A DNA stretch of 64,000 nt, taken from positions 250,631 through 314,630 of the forward strand of contig JBKAGE010000070.1 of assembly GCA_046290225.1 (NCBI GenBank), read 5' to 3'. This DNA is from Bradymonadia bacterium. GTDB taxonomy: Bacteria > Myxococcota_A > Bradymonadia > UBA7976 > UBA1532. Both the position numbers and the translations under genes were made by a program. The number at the start of each line of letters is the position of its first letter. Within the stretch, counting starts at the first letter, position 1. Under the pieces are notes generated by a model. The model was given only the letters and a program-made list of their open reading frames with translations. It was not told the origin of the DNA and searched no databases. This document shows, piece after piece, positions 29,921 through 41,042 of this stretch.

Positions 29921-32900
29921 GTGACACGCAATTCGTCCGATTCTGCATCCATCAAGCGCTCCTCTGCCGCGCACAGCGTCAGCACCGAGACCTTGACGCC
30001 CTCCATCGACTCTGCAGAAGCCAGTGACGAGCATCGCCAAGCATCGGTTCGTCTTCAGCCCGGCACACGCCTTGGTGACTTCGAGGTAAAGCAAGAGATA
30101 GGCCATGGCGGTGGCGGCCGGGTCTACCTCGCCCTCGACACCGTGCTCGAGCGCCAGGTGGCCCTCAAACTGCTTCGGCGTGATCTGATCGACATCACCC
30201 GTGTGCAGGTGTTCCTGAACGAAGCCCGCACCACAGCGCGATTCCATCACCCCCACGTGGTGATGGTGCACAGCGCGCAACTCTATCAGAACACCCCCTA
30301 TCTGGTGCTTGAGTACCTCGACGGCGGCTCGCTGCGGGATCGTCTGCGCGACGGCCCCCTGCCCGTGGCCGAGGCCATGTCCATCGGCCTCGCCATCGCC
30401 AGCGTGCTCGGCGCAGCCCACGAGCGAGGGATCCTGCACTGCGATCTCAAGCCGGAGAACATCGTGTTCTCCGGTGACGGCGTGGCCAAAGTGGTGGACT
30501 TCGGGCTTACCGCCGCCATCGGTGATCCAGTGCGTCGCCGCCTCGTGGGCACGCCGGCCTATATGTCGCCAGAGCAATGGCGACAAGAGTCGCTGATGCC
30601 CGCCTCAGATGTCTGGGCCCTGTCTGTTCTGCTCTACGAGATGTTTGCTGGACATCGGCCATATGAGCGGGCGGACTTGATCCCCCTGCCGCCGGTGGAC
30701 CCACACCCCGACATCCCTCCGGCGCTCATGGATCTCATCGAAGAAGGCCTCAGCGTCGAGATCAGCCATCGGCCAGACGCCCGTGTCTTCGAGGCCACCC
30801 TCGACGGCCTGCTCGCCGAGCGTCACCTGCAATCGGTTCTGCAAGAGAAAGGGCAGATCCTCGGTCGCGGCCCGGAGCAGGCAAAGCTGCGCCGTGCCGT
30901 CGAACGCATGACGCTCGGTGTTGGCTCGGTGACTGTCATCGAAGGCAACGCCGGCCTGGGCAAGAGCCTCTTGCTCACAGATTTCGTCGCGTGGGCCCAG
31001 GGGAGAGGGCACCGTGTGCTCACAGGTGTCGCCGAGGTGTTGTCCCAGGGCACCCCCTATCTGCCATGGCGGCGGGTGATCTCATCGCTGCTCTGCGACA
31101 CCCACATGCCCACCGTAGAAGAGCTCAAACAGGGTCTGCAGAGCCGGGCCCCTCAGGGGCTCCAACATCAGCTCGCCCTCTTCAACGCCGTGATCCCCCT
31201 CGGGCTTGACGAAGGCCCTGATCTCGGAGCCAAACGGGCATCGACCCAAGGCGAGATCACGCACCGGTTCCTCGTCGACCTGCTCGACGCCCTCTGCCCG
31301 GAGCCGGTGATCATCGTGCTCGACGACTGCCACTGGATGGACTCTTCCTCCTGGCGGCTCATTCGGCATGTGGCAGAGCAGCTGCCTCACCTGATGCTGG
31401 TGTTGTTCACCCGACCCATGTTGCCCGCGCCTGAGGAGATGGAGGCGCTCAAGCGCCTCGAGCACATGGAGATCATCTCTCTGCCCCCTCTCTCGCCAGA
31501 GATCATCCGCCAACTGGTGGCCACCCGCATGGGCAATGGCCCTGGGGCTGATCTCGTGGCCGATCGCGTGGTGGAGCGGGCCGACGGCAACCCTTTGTTC
31601 GCCGAGGCCCTCATCGACGTTGTGCATCCATCACGCAATCTCTCGGAAGACCCCCACACGGTCAGTCAGGCGATCCGTACCCACATCAGGGGACTGCCAC
31701 CGGTGGCCGAGCGGGTACTCAAGCAGGCCAGCGTCATCGGACACCGTTTCTCTCGCCTGTTCCTCGCGGCGGTGTATCACACGCCCGGAGAGCTGGCGCC
31801 GGGCCTCGAGGCCCTGATCAAGAACCGCCTCCTGGTACCCACCTCAGGCGACGAGCTGGCGTTCTATCACGCCATCACCCGAGAGGCCGCTTACGCCCTC
31901 CTGGGCCCTCAAGAGCGCGCCATGGCCCACCGGGCCGTAGGCCTGAAGCTCGAGATGGAGCCCGAGCAGAGGTGGGCACAGCTGGCCCATCACTGGGATC
32001 AGGCGGGCGATGAAGCCCGGGCACTCAAGTACGCCGATGCAGCTGGGCAGCGTGCCCTCAAAGAGGGTGCCTGGGCCGAAGCGCAGCGCTTCTTCACACG
32101 GGCGCTGGAGCTGATGCCCGACGGCACCCACTACGCAGCACAGCGCGCAGAGTGTCACGAGCGTCTGTGTGCCGCAGCCTATGGCCTCGGCGATCTGCCC
32201 ACGGTGGAGCTGCACGCCCGCCAGATCCTCGATCGCCCGGAGCCCGAGGGGCCTGTCTCCCGGGTGCTCTCTGTGTTGGTGAAAGGGGCGCAGCTCTACT
32301 GGCGGCTGCGACATCCAGCCCGGCAGATGCCCGCTCAAGCGGCGACGACTCGCAAACAGCTCGCCCGCACTCGCGCCTGGTCCCACCTCGGTGGGGTGTA
32401 CTGGTTCAACAACCGTGGGTTGCCCACCCTGCACGCGCTGATCAGAGCACTGGAGACCGCTGAGCCTCTCGGCGGCTCGAAAGAGCAGGCCGCCGCCTGC
32501 GCAGAGCTCGGAGCGGGGCTGAGCTTCAGCGGATTTCATCGGATCGGGCCGTGGCTGCTCAAACGCGGTCGTCAGCAAGCCGCCGCCTATGGCGGGCCGC
32601 TTTCGGTGGCGTACGGTCATATGTTCGAGGGCATCTATCGCACAGGCCTAGGTGAGTGGCCCGACGCCCAGGCCCACATCGAACGCGCCCAGTCGATCTA
32701 CGAGCCTGTGGGCGATCTGTATGGGTGGTGCAACTGCCAGGTGGTCCGCTTCTGGTGCCACCTGTACCAGGGTGAATTCAAGCAGGCCGAGACCGCCATC
32801 AAGGCCCTGCTCAAAGGGGCCCGGCGCACCGGCAACCGTCAGCACGAAATGTGGGCCCTGCGCAGCACGGCCATCACCAAACTGCGCCGCGGCGACTCTG

Positions 32901-33418
32901 CCGAGGCCCTCGCCGATCTCGAAGTGGCGCTGGGGCTCATGGAGAGCCCCCACCGCGCAGAGCGTGTGCCCACTCTGGGTGCACTCGCCCTCGCCCATAT
33001 GATGCAGGGTGAGCGCCCCCAGGCTCTCGAGCACGCTCGGGCCGCCATCGCTGCGGCGCAGGGCCGTCGCCCCACCTCTCATGCGCTGCTCGAGGGATGC
33101 GCAGCGGTGGTCCAGGTCACCCTGGTGGCCAGGGCCGAAGGGTGGTCGGGCACAGGCCTCGACACGCTCACCAGCAGGGCCCACGCGCTGATGAAGAGTT
33201 ATGCCAGGGCGTTCCCCATCGGCCGGAGCAGATGGTGCCTGCTGCAGGGCGCTCATGCTCATCAGAGCGGGCGTCCACGCAAAGCCGAGCGCCACTGGCG
33301 CCGGGGCCACCGTTTCGCCCTTCAGATGGGTATGCAGCAGGAGGCGAAGTGGCTCAAGGCATGTATTTCAGGCCAACCCCCCGAGATGCGCCATCTGACC
33401 CTGATAACCCCTCCCTGA
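29921..33418 (+). CDS. Ser/Thr protein kinase fused to STAND-type ATPase and TPR-like repeats
   Basis: GHGGGG, VALK, HCDLKPEN, DFG, GTPAYMSPEQ; Walker A GNAGLGKS; VLDDCHWMD; GNPLF; helical C-terminus. Confidence 0.88.
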   Translation: MTRNSSDSASIKRSSAAHSVSTETLTPSIDSAEASDEHRQASVRLQPGTRLGDFEVKQEIGHGGGGRVYLALDTVLERQVALKLLRRDLIDITRVQVFLNEARTTARFHHPHVVMVHSAQLYQNTPYLVLEYLDGGSLRDRLRDGPLPVAEAMSIGLAIASVLGAAHERGILHCDLKPENIVFSGDGVAKVVDFGLTAAIGDPVRRRLVGTPAYMSPEQWRQESLMPASDVWALSVLLYEMFAGHRPYERADLIPLPPVDPHPDIPPALMDLIEEGLSVEISHRPDARVFEATLDGLLAERHLQSVLQEKGQILGRGPEQAKLRRAVERMTLGVGSVTVIEGNAGLGKSLLLTDFVAWAQGRGHRVLTGVAEVLSQGTPYLPWRRVISSLLCDTHMPTVEELKQGLQSRAPQGLQHQLALFNAVIPLGLDEGPDLGAKRASTQGEITHRFLVDLLDALCPEPVIIVLDDCHWMDSSSWRLIRHVAEQLPHLMLVLFTRPMLPAPEEMEALKRLEHMEIISLPPLSPEIIRQLVATRMGNGPGADLVADRVVERADGNPLFAEALIDVVHPSRNLSEDPHTVSQAIRTHIRGLPPVAERVLKQASVIGHRFSRLFLAAVYHTPGELAPGLEALIKNRLLVPTSGDELAFYHAITREAAYALLGPQERAMAHRAVGLKLEMEPEQRWAQLAHHWDQAGDEARALKYADAAGQRALKEGAWAEAQRFFTRALELMPDGTHYAAQRAECHERLCAAAYGLGDLPTVELHARQILDRPEPEGPVSRVLSVLVKGAQLYWRLRHPARQMPAQAATTRKQLARTRAWSHLGGVYWFNNRGLPTLHALIRALETAEPLGGSKEQAAACAELGAGLSFSGFHRIGPWLLKRGRQQAAAYGGPLSVAYGHMFEGIYRTGLGEWPDAQAHIERAQSIYEPVGDLYGWCNCQVVRFWCHLYQGEFKQAETAIKALLKGARRTGNRQHEMWALRSTAITKLRRGDSAEALADLEVALGLMESPHRAERVPTLGALALAHMMQGERPQALEHARAAIAAAQGRRPTSHALLEGCAAVVQVTLVARAEGWSGTGLDTLTSRAHALMKSYARAFPIGRSRWCLLQGAHAHQSGRPRKAERHWRRGHRFALQMGMQQEAKWLKACISGQPPEMRHLTLITPP

Positions 33419-33528
33419 CCATCTGATGACGCATCGCGCAGTGCGTTCACACGGTATGGTGGTGTTGGGGGTTGTCACTCAGTGTGTCCCTATGAAACAC
33501 TCCATCATGTGCATGACATGGGGGTGGT

Positions 33529-36500
33529 ATGAACGGCGAACAGGCTGGCGTGTCGGCAGATGCTCATGTCCCCGTCGAACACAAAGAAAACATCGTCATT
33601 GGCTCTGGGTTTGGTGGGGCAGTCACAGCGCTCCGCCTCACTGAGGCACTGCTCGATGTGTGTTTGCTCGAGCGGGGCCGCCGGTACGAAAAGGGCGACT
33701 TCCCCCGCCCATTCCAAAGAGACAACGAGGGCCTCAGACAGAAGTTCCGACTTGATCGAATGCTCTGGCAGATCGATCACGGCCTGCTCGACAGCCGTAT
33801 GCTCGGTGACATGTCCACGTTGGTCGGCGCCGGATATGGGGGGGGCTCTCTCATCTATGCCAATGTGCACATGCGCCCACCGGCCGATCTCTTCAAGACA
33901 GATGCGTGGAAGCCCACAGGGCTCAACCCCACAGTGCTCGCCCCCTACTTCGACCGTGTGGAGCGTATCCTCGACGTCCAACCGGCCCCTGAAGACCTGC
34001 CTACAGAAGGCGGCGGTCGGCGCACGATCGACAAGACCGATGTGTTTCTCAGTGCAGTGAAGGGGCGCACCGCCTTCAAGCCCAACCTCGCCGTCCGCTT
34101 CGGCGAGCCCACCGCGTCCAATGACTTCAACCGATCACAGGGCACCTGTGTCGGGTGTGGTGGGTGCAACTTTGGCTGCCAGTATCACGCCAAGAACACA
34201 CTCGACCTCAACTACCTCGCCGCAGCAGAAGACAGCGGTCACCTCGAGGTACGCACCCTCGCCGAGGTCCACCGGATCGAGCAGGTCGATCCGAAGAATC
34301 GACCAGAGGACGCTCACCTCGACGCCCGCGCTCGATACCTCGTGGTGTACGTCGATCACCTTGCAGGCGGGGAGATGCGCACGCTGTCAGCACAACGTGT
34401 GTTTATCTGTGCAGGCGCTGTGGGCAGCACGGAGCTGCTCCTGAGATCACAGCGTGCTCAGGCAGGCCGCCTGCCTCACCGACAGCTCACGGGCCTCAGC
34501 GATCGCCTCGGACACAACTTCGCCGGTAACGCCGACGCTCTGGGTCTGGTGGTACAGACAGAGAAGGCTGCCGATCCGAACTTCGGCCCTGTGATCACGG
34601 CCACGACGGTCTACGACGGTCGCGTGCACAGCCGCACCCCCCAGGAGTATCTCCCGAAGAAGGCGCCTGACGCCTTTGAGGACTACCTGTCTCCAGAAGC
34701 GCTCGAGCGACACCAGGCGGGCAAGCCCGCAGGCGAGCCACCCAACTTGGGCGAAGCGCAGCCAGGTGATCCGATCGAGCCTGTGTGGTCACTGCTCCAA
34801 GATGGGGGCTTTCTCCAAGGATACGGCGCCTTCTTCGAACTGCTCGCTCAGGCGTGGTGGGTAGAAGAAGGCAAGGAGGTGAGCATCTGGCAGGAGGGGG
34901 TGAGCGAGCGTCTGGGCCGACGGTTCGAGCACCTCAAGGCGTGGACCGAGAGCGTCGTGCGACGCCGTCCACGGCCAGAGTCACCCCGGGGGCCGATCCG
35001 TCTCGGCGCCCTCACGGACTTTGCCGGGGGCCCTGCTGGTCCCGATCTCGGCTTCGAGCTCTCGGACCACCTCAAGCAGTTCCCCGCTCAGGTGCGCGAT
35101 CAGATCGTGCGCCTCTTCGTGGCCCAGGTCCTCAGCCACACAGGCATTGAAGATTTACTGCCTCTGGGCTTCGCACGAAGCGCCCTCACCCGTCAGCTTT
35201 CTCCAGCGGCTTTGAGCCAGTGGGCTGCCGATCTCGCCCACTTCTGCCTCGACCCCGAGCAGGACCGCGCCGACCGAGCAGTGTTCCTCGCCATGGGCCG
35301 GGATCTCGCACTCGGACGCCTCTGGCTCCACCCTGAAAACCCTTCGTCCCCACCGGCCAAAGGCGCCTGGCGAGCCACACCGCGTCTGCAGCTGACCACA
35401 GATCTCAACCACAACCGCGTGGTCTATCACACGCAAGAGCGGTTGATGCGAGACACCGCCGAAGCCATGGGCGGTCAGCTGCGGGTGAACCCGATGTGGT
35501 CCACCCTGCGCACACCGATCACGGTGCACGCTCAAGGAGGGTGCGTCATGGCGGCCTCACCCAAGGATGGCGTGGTGGATCTCAACGGTCAGGTTCATGG
35601 TCACGAGGATCTCTATGTGCTCGATGGCGCGATTTTCCCCGGGCCTGTGGGCGTGAACCCCTCCCACACCATCGCCGCCATTGCTGAGCACCACATCGAG
35701 CACATCATCCGTGGCATCGGCACGGCACAACGACCAGAGGCGCCGCTGGGCTCCAAGCCGCTCTCTACAACACGTCCAGATCCAGCGAAGTCCCGCCCTG
35801 AGGATTGGACGATCCCCAAACCCTATCCCCTGCTCTCGCCAGAAGCCTCCACCGGGGTGAAGTACCCCGACGTACTCACGGGCTTCATCGCCCAAGGAGG
35901 CAGCGGCTTCGATCACACCAAACCCATGACACCGACGCGGTTGGCGAAGTTCAACCCTGACCCTTTCCGCATCGGCGAGCAGGAGGGGCAAGGCGAGAGC
36001 GATTTCACGCATCGGCTCACCCTGAACCTGACGCTCGAGATCCCCGACATCGATCTCTTCATCGATCCGCGGCCTCGCATCTCGGCGAGCAAGATCAACG
36101 AGCGCGTCGCCCTTCAAGGGATCGCCAACGGTCATGTAGAGCTTCTGTCGTGTAAAACGACCGAAGGCACGCAAACCGCTCTGCAATCAAAGGTCGAAGG
36201 CACCTTCCTCATGCGGGCCCTCGATCCTGTAGATCCACCTCCAAAGCGCACGAGTCTGCCCCTGAGCTTGATCCCCGAGCCCACGGGGGGTCGCCGGACG
36301 ATGGAGTACACCCTCCGCTGGACCTTCCCCAAAGGCGCTCACCCCGACTTCGCCGGGCGCTCGGTCATTTTGAGAGGCCTCAAGACGCTCTACAGCACCC
36401 CAGGGCTCGACCTGATCTCCGACTTCTCCACGCTCTATGCCTCTCTCGAGGAGGTGCCTCCCAGAGGACAAAAGACAATCCCTTCTCCGGCGAAGGGACC

Positions 36501-36696
36501 ATGGCGGGGCATCTTCCGCGTGCATCTGATCGACTTTCTGGATCAGGCGGTGAGCCACTTCGAAGTCACGGGCCATGTGAAGAAAGACCCACAACAAGCA
36601 TTGGCGGCCATGACGCGCTTTGGTCGCCTGGTCTTCGGCGAGCTGTGGGACGTCTATGGCCCCAGCGTCGCACGACAGCGACTGCCGGAGGCATGA
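33529..36696 (+). CDS. GMC oxidoreductase, cholesterol-oxidase-like, with C-terminal extension
   Basis: IVIGSGFGG, LERG, GGGSLIYANV, CVGCGGCNFGC...AKNTLDLNYL, TVHAQGGC, GVNPSHTIAA. Confidence 0.88.
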   Translation: MNGEQAGVSADAHVPVEHKENIVIGSGFGGAVTALRLTEALLDVCLLERGRRYEKGDFPRPFQRDNEGLRQKFRLDRMLWQIDHGLLDSRMLGDMSTLVGAGYGGGSLIYANVHMRPPADLFKTDAWKPTGLNPTVLAPYFDRVERILDVQPAPEDLPTEGGGRRTIDKTDVFLSAVKGRTAFKPNLAVRFGEPTASNDFNRSQGTCVGCGGCNFGCQYHAKNTLDLNYLAAAEDSGHLEVRTLAEVHRIEQVDPKNRPEDAHLDARARYLVVYVDHLAGGEMRTLSAQRVFICAGAVGSTELLLRSQRAQAGRLPHRQLTGLSDRLGHNFAGNADALGLVVQTEKAADPNFGPVITATTVYDGRVHSRTPQEYLPKKAPDAFEDYLSPEALERHQAGKPAGEPPNLGEAQPGDPIEPVWSLLQDGGFLQGYGAFFELLAQAWWVEEGKEVSIWQEGVSERLGRRFEHLKAWTESVVRRRPRPESPRGPIRLGALTDFAGGPAGPDLGFELSDHLKQFPAQVRDQIVRLFVAQVLSHTGIEDLLPLGFARSALTRQLSPAALSQWAADLAHFCLDPEQDRADRAVFLAMGRDLALGRLWLHPENPSSPPAKGAWRATPRLQLTTDLNHNRVVYHTQERLMRDTAEAMGGQLRVNPMWSTLRTPITVHAQGGCVMAASPKDGVVDLNGQVHGHEDLYVLDGAIFPGPVGVNPSHTIAAIAEHHIEHIIRGIGTAQRPEAPLGSKPLSTTRPDPAKSRPEDWTIPKPYPLLSPEASTGVKYPDVLTGFIAQGGSGFDHTKPMTPTRLAKFNPDPFRIGEQEGQGESDFTHRLTLNLTLEIPDIDLFIDPRPRISASKINERVALQGIANGHVELLSCKTTEGTQTALQSKVEGTFLMRALDPVDPPPKRTSLPLSLIPEPTGGRRTMEYTLRWTFPKGAHPDFAGRSVILRGLKTLYSTPGLDLISDFSTLYASLEEVPPRGQKTIPSPAKGPWRGIFRVHLIDFLDQAVSHFEVTGHVKKDPQQALAAMTRFGRLVFGELWDVYGPSVARQRLPEA

Positions 36697-38000
36697 TGAG
36701 CGAACTCTATCCGGACCTGCGCATCGAGCCTCCTGTCCGCATCTACACAGGGGAGACCAGCTGTAAGCCTCCAGATCTACCGGGCAACCCTGTGTGGATG
36801 ACCCGCGTACGGCTCCCCAACGACGAGCAACTGACTCGAGGGCCGATCCTCTTGATTCATGGCCTGAGCGCCAACCGGTTCACCTTCTTGCCTCAACACC
36901 GCGGCGTGCCCGCCCTGGCCCCCTGGCTCGCCCGCCAGGGCTACGACGTGTGGATCGAGGAGTGGCGGGGCACCGGACAATGGGATCAGCAACGCCAGAT
37001 GTGTGATCTCAAGGTGCCCCGCAGCAGCTTCACCCTCGACGCCGTGGCAGAGCATGATCACCCCGCAGCGCTGAGCCACATCATCCAAAAGCGGCACGCC
37101 GACAACCTCAAAGAGTCCAAGATCGACGTCATCGCCCACTGCGTCGGCGCAGCGACGTTCGCCATGAGCGTCGCCAGAGGTCATGCCACTCAATGTGGCA
37201 AGGTGGTCCTCTCGGCCCTTGGCCTGTTCTATACCGTGGCCCCCCACCGGCTGATCCTCGCTCAAGATCACATCCTCGACGCCATCACCCGCCCACTGCA
37301 GCCCCAGGCCTGTGGTCCGCTCGACGGCAGGGACTGGATGCACCCACAGCCGCCCAGGGGCAAGTCGCCCAACGGCATCGACTATTACGACTACTGGTCC
37401 GAGCGCCAGCTCGCGTCGCTCTATGCGCTCTGGCGTGATTTCCACATCGACGGGATACAGCTGAGCCCTCGCTGTGGCCTCGAATATTGCAAGCGGGTGA
37501 GCTTCATGTACGGCGAGCCCTACCTGCATCGTCACCACGAGAAACTTCAAGATCACCTCGGCGACATCCACACTGCCGAGGCGCTGCCGATGTACTTCGG
37601 CCCGGCGCAGATTCAGCTGTTTCATCACGCCGTGCACTGCACACGCTCGGGTGTCATCCGGCCTCACCCCGCCCTGATCCAGGGTGAGCACACTGACATT
37701 CTGGAGGAGACCCCTGAGTGGGATTACCTCGGCGCTGCGTCGAGAGCGCGCTTCACCGACTTGGATCGGCTCACGCTGCTCACAGGGCACCAGAATCACC
37801 TCTGGAGCCGGGACAGCATCGATCGCATGTACGAGTGGCTGCTCAATGCCCCTCCCAAGGGCCCCGACAACCACCGAACTCGTTTTCACAAAAAAGTGCT
37901 GGCCAGCTTTGCCCATCAGGATCTGTACTGGGGCCATGATGCACCCCAAAACGCGATCTCCGAGGTCTACGAGGCGGTCCTCAAGCCGGCGCTGTCGTGA
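36693..38000 (+). CDS. Alpha/beta-hydrolase associated with the GMC oxidase
   Basis: ATGA overlap with the GMC gene; LLIHG, LARQGYDVW, IAHCVG elbow, HQD near the C-terminus. Confidence 0.82.
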   Translation: MMSELYPDLRIEPPVRIYTGETSCKPPDLPGNPVWMTRVRLPNDEQLTRGPILLIHGLSANRFTFLPQHRGVPALAPWLARQGYDVWIEEWRGTGQWDQQRQMCDLKVPRSSFTLDAVAEHDHPAALSHIIQKRHADNLKESKIDVIAHCVGAATFAMSVARGHATQCGKVVLSALGLFYTVAPHRLILAQDHILDAITRPLQPQACGPLDGRDWMHPQPPRGKSPNGIDYYDYWSERQLASLYALWRDFHIDGIQLSPRCGLEYCKRVSFMYGEPYLHRHHEKLQDHLGDIHTAEALPMYFGPAQIQLFHHAVHCTRSGVIRPHPALIQGEHTDILEETPEWDYLGAASRARFTDLDRLTLLTGHQNHLWSRDSIDRMYEWLLNAPPKGPDNHRTRFHKKVLASFAHQDLYWGHDAPQNAISEVYEAVLKPALS

Positions 38001-39270
38001 CCTTCTCCTTCTCACGATCACGCTGCTGTGCACTGCATGCGGTGCAGGCCCCAAGGCAGCGAACACCCTCGACACGGTCGAGCGTCGAGGGGTGCTCCGG
38101 GTAGGCAGCCCCGGCGACTACCCGCCCTTTGCCACAGCACACGACGACGGTCAGTGGCGCGGTATCGACGTAGATCTCGTGCAAGACCTAGCACAGGCCC
38201 TCGGCGTCGAGGTGCAGTGGGTGAAGACCCGCTGGTCCGATTTGATGACTGATTTCGAGGCTGATCGCTTCGATCTCGCAGTGGGCGGCATCACCATCAC
38301 CGAAGCCCGCCGTCAAAAGGGCGCCTTCACCGCGCCGCTCATGGCCTCGGGCAAAGTGCCCGTGGTCCGCTGCGCCGATCAGGCGAAGTACCCTGACCTC
38401 GACGCCTTCAACACATCAGGTGTGAGGCTGCGTTTTCTCGCTGGGGGCACCAATGAGGCCTTCGCCCGCGCGCGCCTGCCCAAGGCCGACCTGCAGACGT
38501 GGCCCGACAACCTCACCCTCTTCGATCAGGTGGTCTCCGGTGCCGCCGACGCAGTGATCACGGATCGCCCCGAGGCGCTGCATCAAGCCCGACATCACGC
38601 GTCACTGTGTGCGCTGCGCCCTGATGCCCCCATCACAGACGAGCACGTGGGCTGGTTGCTGCCCGATGATCCACGCTGGAAGGCCTACCTCGACGCCTGG
38701 CTGCAGCAACAACGCCGCCACGGCCACTTCGACGCTGTCGTAGCGCGTTGGACCAAACCCTCTGCGCCCACGAGCCAGCCCCACACTCAACCTCATGGGC
38801 ACGCTCACAGCCAGCCCCACAGTCAACCTCACAGCCAGCCCACACGTGTCTCCCCCGAGACCGCCCTCGCCCGAGTCACCCTGCTGCACGGTGGCCCTGG
38901 GCCATTCGCCGTCGCGGGGCACCGCATTGGCGAAGATGCCCTGATGCGGCTCGGCGTCGGTCGGGGCGATCGGACGCTGCAGGTGGTGCACCACAGCCCC
39001 AAGGCGGTGCGTTGGAGCTGCGTCGTCGACGGCGTGCAGGCCGCCACGGGCACCAGCGTGGGGCGATTGAGCTTGAGGTGGTCCAAGGCCAACCTCGCCG
39101 ATCTGCGCACTGAGGTGCGTGTCGAGAACGGGCCATCGCTGATCTATCGACTCACGCCGGCCTTCATCGAGCGCTTCGGCCCCATACAGCCAGACGGGCT
39201 CGAAGCCGCGGGCAAGGCCGTCATCGCGTTGCCCGCCCACGAGATCTTCACCATTGACTCCACCCACTGA
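37936..39270 (+). CDS. Cyclohexadienyl dehydratase/PBP3-type substrate-binding lipoprotein fused to an FmdE-like domain
   Basis: Lipobox-like [43 protein letters not shown] linker; [14 protein letters not shown] and [12 protein letters not shown]. Start uncertain. Confidence 0.75.
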   Translation: MMHPKTRSPRSTRRSSSRRCRDLLLLTITLLCTACGAGPKAANTLDTVERRGVLRVGSPGDYPPFATAHDDGQWRGIDVDLVQDLAQALGVEVQWVKTRWSDLMTDFEADRFDLAVGGITITEARRQKGAFTAPLMASGKVPVVRCADQAKYPDLDAFNTSGVRLRFLAGGTNEAFARARLPKADLQTWPDNLTLFDQVVSGAADAVITDRPEALHQARHHASLCALRPDAPITDEHVGWLLPDDPRWKAYLDAWLQQQRRHGHFDAVVARWTKPSAPTSQPHTQPHGHAHSQPHSQPHSQPTRVSPETALARVTLLHGGPGPFAVAGHRIGEDALMRLGVGRGDRTLQVVHHSPKAVRWSCVVDGVQAATGTSVGRLSLRWSKANLADLRTEVRVENGPSLIYRLTPAFIERFGPIQPDGLEAAGKAVIALPAHEIFTIDSTH

Positions 39271-39286
39271 TCCTCAGGAGAGATCC

Positions 39287-41038
39287 ATGACCCATGATCT
39301 GATCATCCGCGGCGGCCTGATCGTCGACGGCACCGGCGCCGAGCCTCGACCGGGCGACGTCGCCATCTCCGGCGGGCGCATCGTGGCCGTGGGTGAGGTG
39401 GAGGGCGACGCTCGAGAAGAGATCGACGCCGCCGGGGCCATCGTCACCCCGGGCTTCATCGACATCCACACCCACTACGATGGCCAGGCCACCTGGGATG
39501 CCGACATGGCCCCTTCGTGCGATCACGGGGTGACCACCTGCGTGATGGGGAACTGCGGGGTGGGCTTCGCCCCGGTGCGAGAGACGGATCGGGAGCGTCT
39601 GATCCGCCTGATGGAGGGCGTCGAAGACATCCCCGGCTCGGCCCTCGCCGAGGGCATCAAGTGGTCGTGGGAGAGCTTCCCCGAGTACATGCAAGCCCTG
39701 GACTTCCCGCGCACCATGGATGTCTGTGTGCAGGTGCCCCACGACGCCCTGCGGGTCTACGTGATGGGGGATCGCGCCGTGGCGGGACAAGCGGCCACTG
39801 AAGAGGACATCGAGGCCATGGCCCGCCTCGCCCGGGAGGCCCTCGAGGCGGGGGCCGTAGGCGTGAGCACGGGGCGCACCGACAACCACCGCACCGCCGA
39901 CGGTGATCCGACACCGGCCTCCGAGGCCACCCGCCGCGAGCTGGTGGGCCTCGCCAAGGCCTTCGAGGGCCTCGACCGCGGGGTGCTCCAAGCAGTGAGC
40001 GACTTCGACATGGAGGTGGGCCCCGAGCGCTTCGACGCCGAGTTCGACGTGCTTGAGGCCATGGCCGAGGCCTCGGGCCGGCCGATGTCGGTGTCGCTCC
40101 TGCAACGCGACATGGCCCCAGGGCAGTGGGAGAAGATTCTGCAACGCGCCGAGGCCCTCGACGCCCGGGGGGTGCCCTTCAGGGTGCAGGTAGCGGCCCG
40201 GGGCATCGGGGTGATGCTGGGCCTCGAGGCCACCTTCCACCCCTTCATGGGCTTCCCGAGCTACAAGTCGATCTGCCATCTGCCCCTGAGCGAGCAAGTG
40301 GCCCGCATGCGGGATCCCAACTTCAAGGCCCAGATGCTCACGGAGTCCTCGGAGAAAGTGGCGGGGGACGGCAGCTCCATCCCCCCCATGGCGGATATGT
40401 TCCTGTCGAAGCTGGAGTTTTTGTCCACCCGAGTGTTCCGCCTGGGCACCACGCCGGACTACGAGCCTGCCCTGGAGACCTCGCTCTACATGGACGCCCA
40501 GGCCCGTGGTGTCTCGGCTCTGGAAGCCCTCTACGACGCCCTGCTCGAAGACGAGGGCAAGGCGCTGCTCTATTTCCCGCTGTTCAACTACGCCCCCTTC
40601 GATCTGAGCGATGTGCACACGATGTTGCAGCACCCACTGGCCCTCGCGGGCCTGAGCGACGGCGGAGCCCACGTGGGCACGGTGTGCGACGCGAGTTTCC
40701 CCACCTTCATGCTCACCCACTGGACCCGAGATCGCACCCGCGGGCCTCAGCTGCCCTTGCCCCGTGTGGTGCAGATGATGACCGCGGCGAACGCGGATTA
40801 CCTCGGGCTGAGCGATCGCGGCCGCATCGCTGTGGGCCAGCGGGCAGATGTCAACGTGATCGACATGACCGAGCTGTCGCTGTCACGGCCGGAGATGGTG
40901 CAGGACCTGCCCGGCGGTGGCCGACGGCTACTTCAGTCGGCCCAGGGTTATCGCGCGACGGTGGTGGCGGGACAGGTGGTATCGCGCGATGGGGCCCGAA
41001 CGGGGGTATTGCCGGGGCGTTTGGTGCGTCTAGGGTAG
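39287..41038 (+). CDS. N-acyl-D-amino-acid deacylase family amidohydrolase
   Basis: [37 protein letters not shown]. Confidence 0.92.
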   Translation: MTHDLIIRGGLIVDGTGAEPRPGDVAISGGRIVAVGEVEGDAREEIDAAGAIVTPGFIDIHTHYDGQATWDADMAPSCDHGVTTCVMGNCGVGFAPVRETDRERLIRLMEGVEDIPGSALAEGIKWSWESFPEYMQALDFPRTMDVCVQVPHDALRVYVMGDRAVAGQAATEEDIEAMARLAREALEAGAVGVSTGRTDNHRTADGDPTPASEATRRELVGLAKAFEGLDRGVLQAVSDFDMEVGPERFDAEFDVLEAMAEASGRPMSVSLLQRDMAPGQWEKILQRAEALDARGVPFRVQVAARGIGVMLGLEATFHPFMGFPSYKSICHLPLSEQVARMRDPNFKAQMLTESSEKVAGDGSSIPPMADMFLSKLEFLSTRVFRLGTTPDYEPALETSLYMDAQARGVSALEALYDALLEDEGKALLYFPLFNYAPFDLSDVHTMLQHPLALAGLSDGGAHVGTVCDASFPTFMLTHWTRDRTRGPQLPLPRVVQMMTAANADYLGLSDRGRIAVGQRADVNVIDMTELSLSRPEMVQDLPGGGRRLLQSAQGYRATVVAGQVVSRDGARTGVLPGRLVRLG

Positions 41039-41042
41039 CCCG

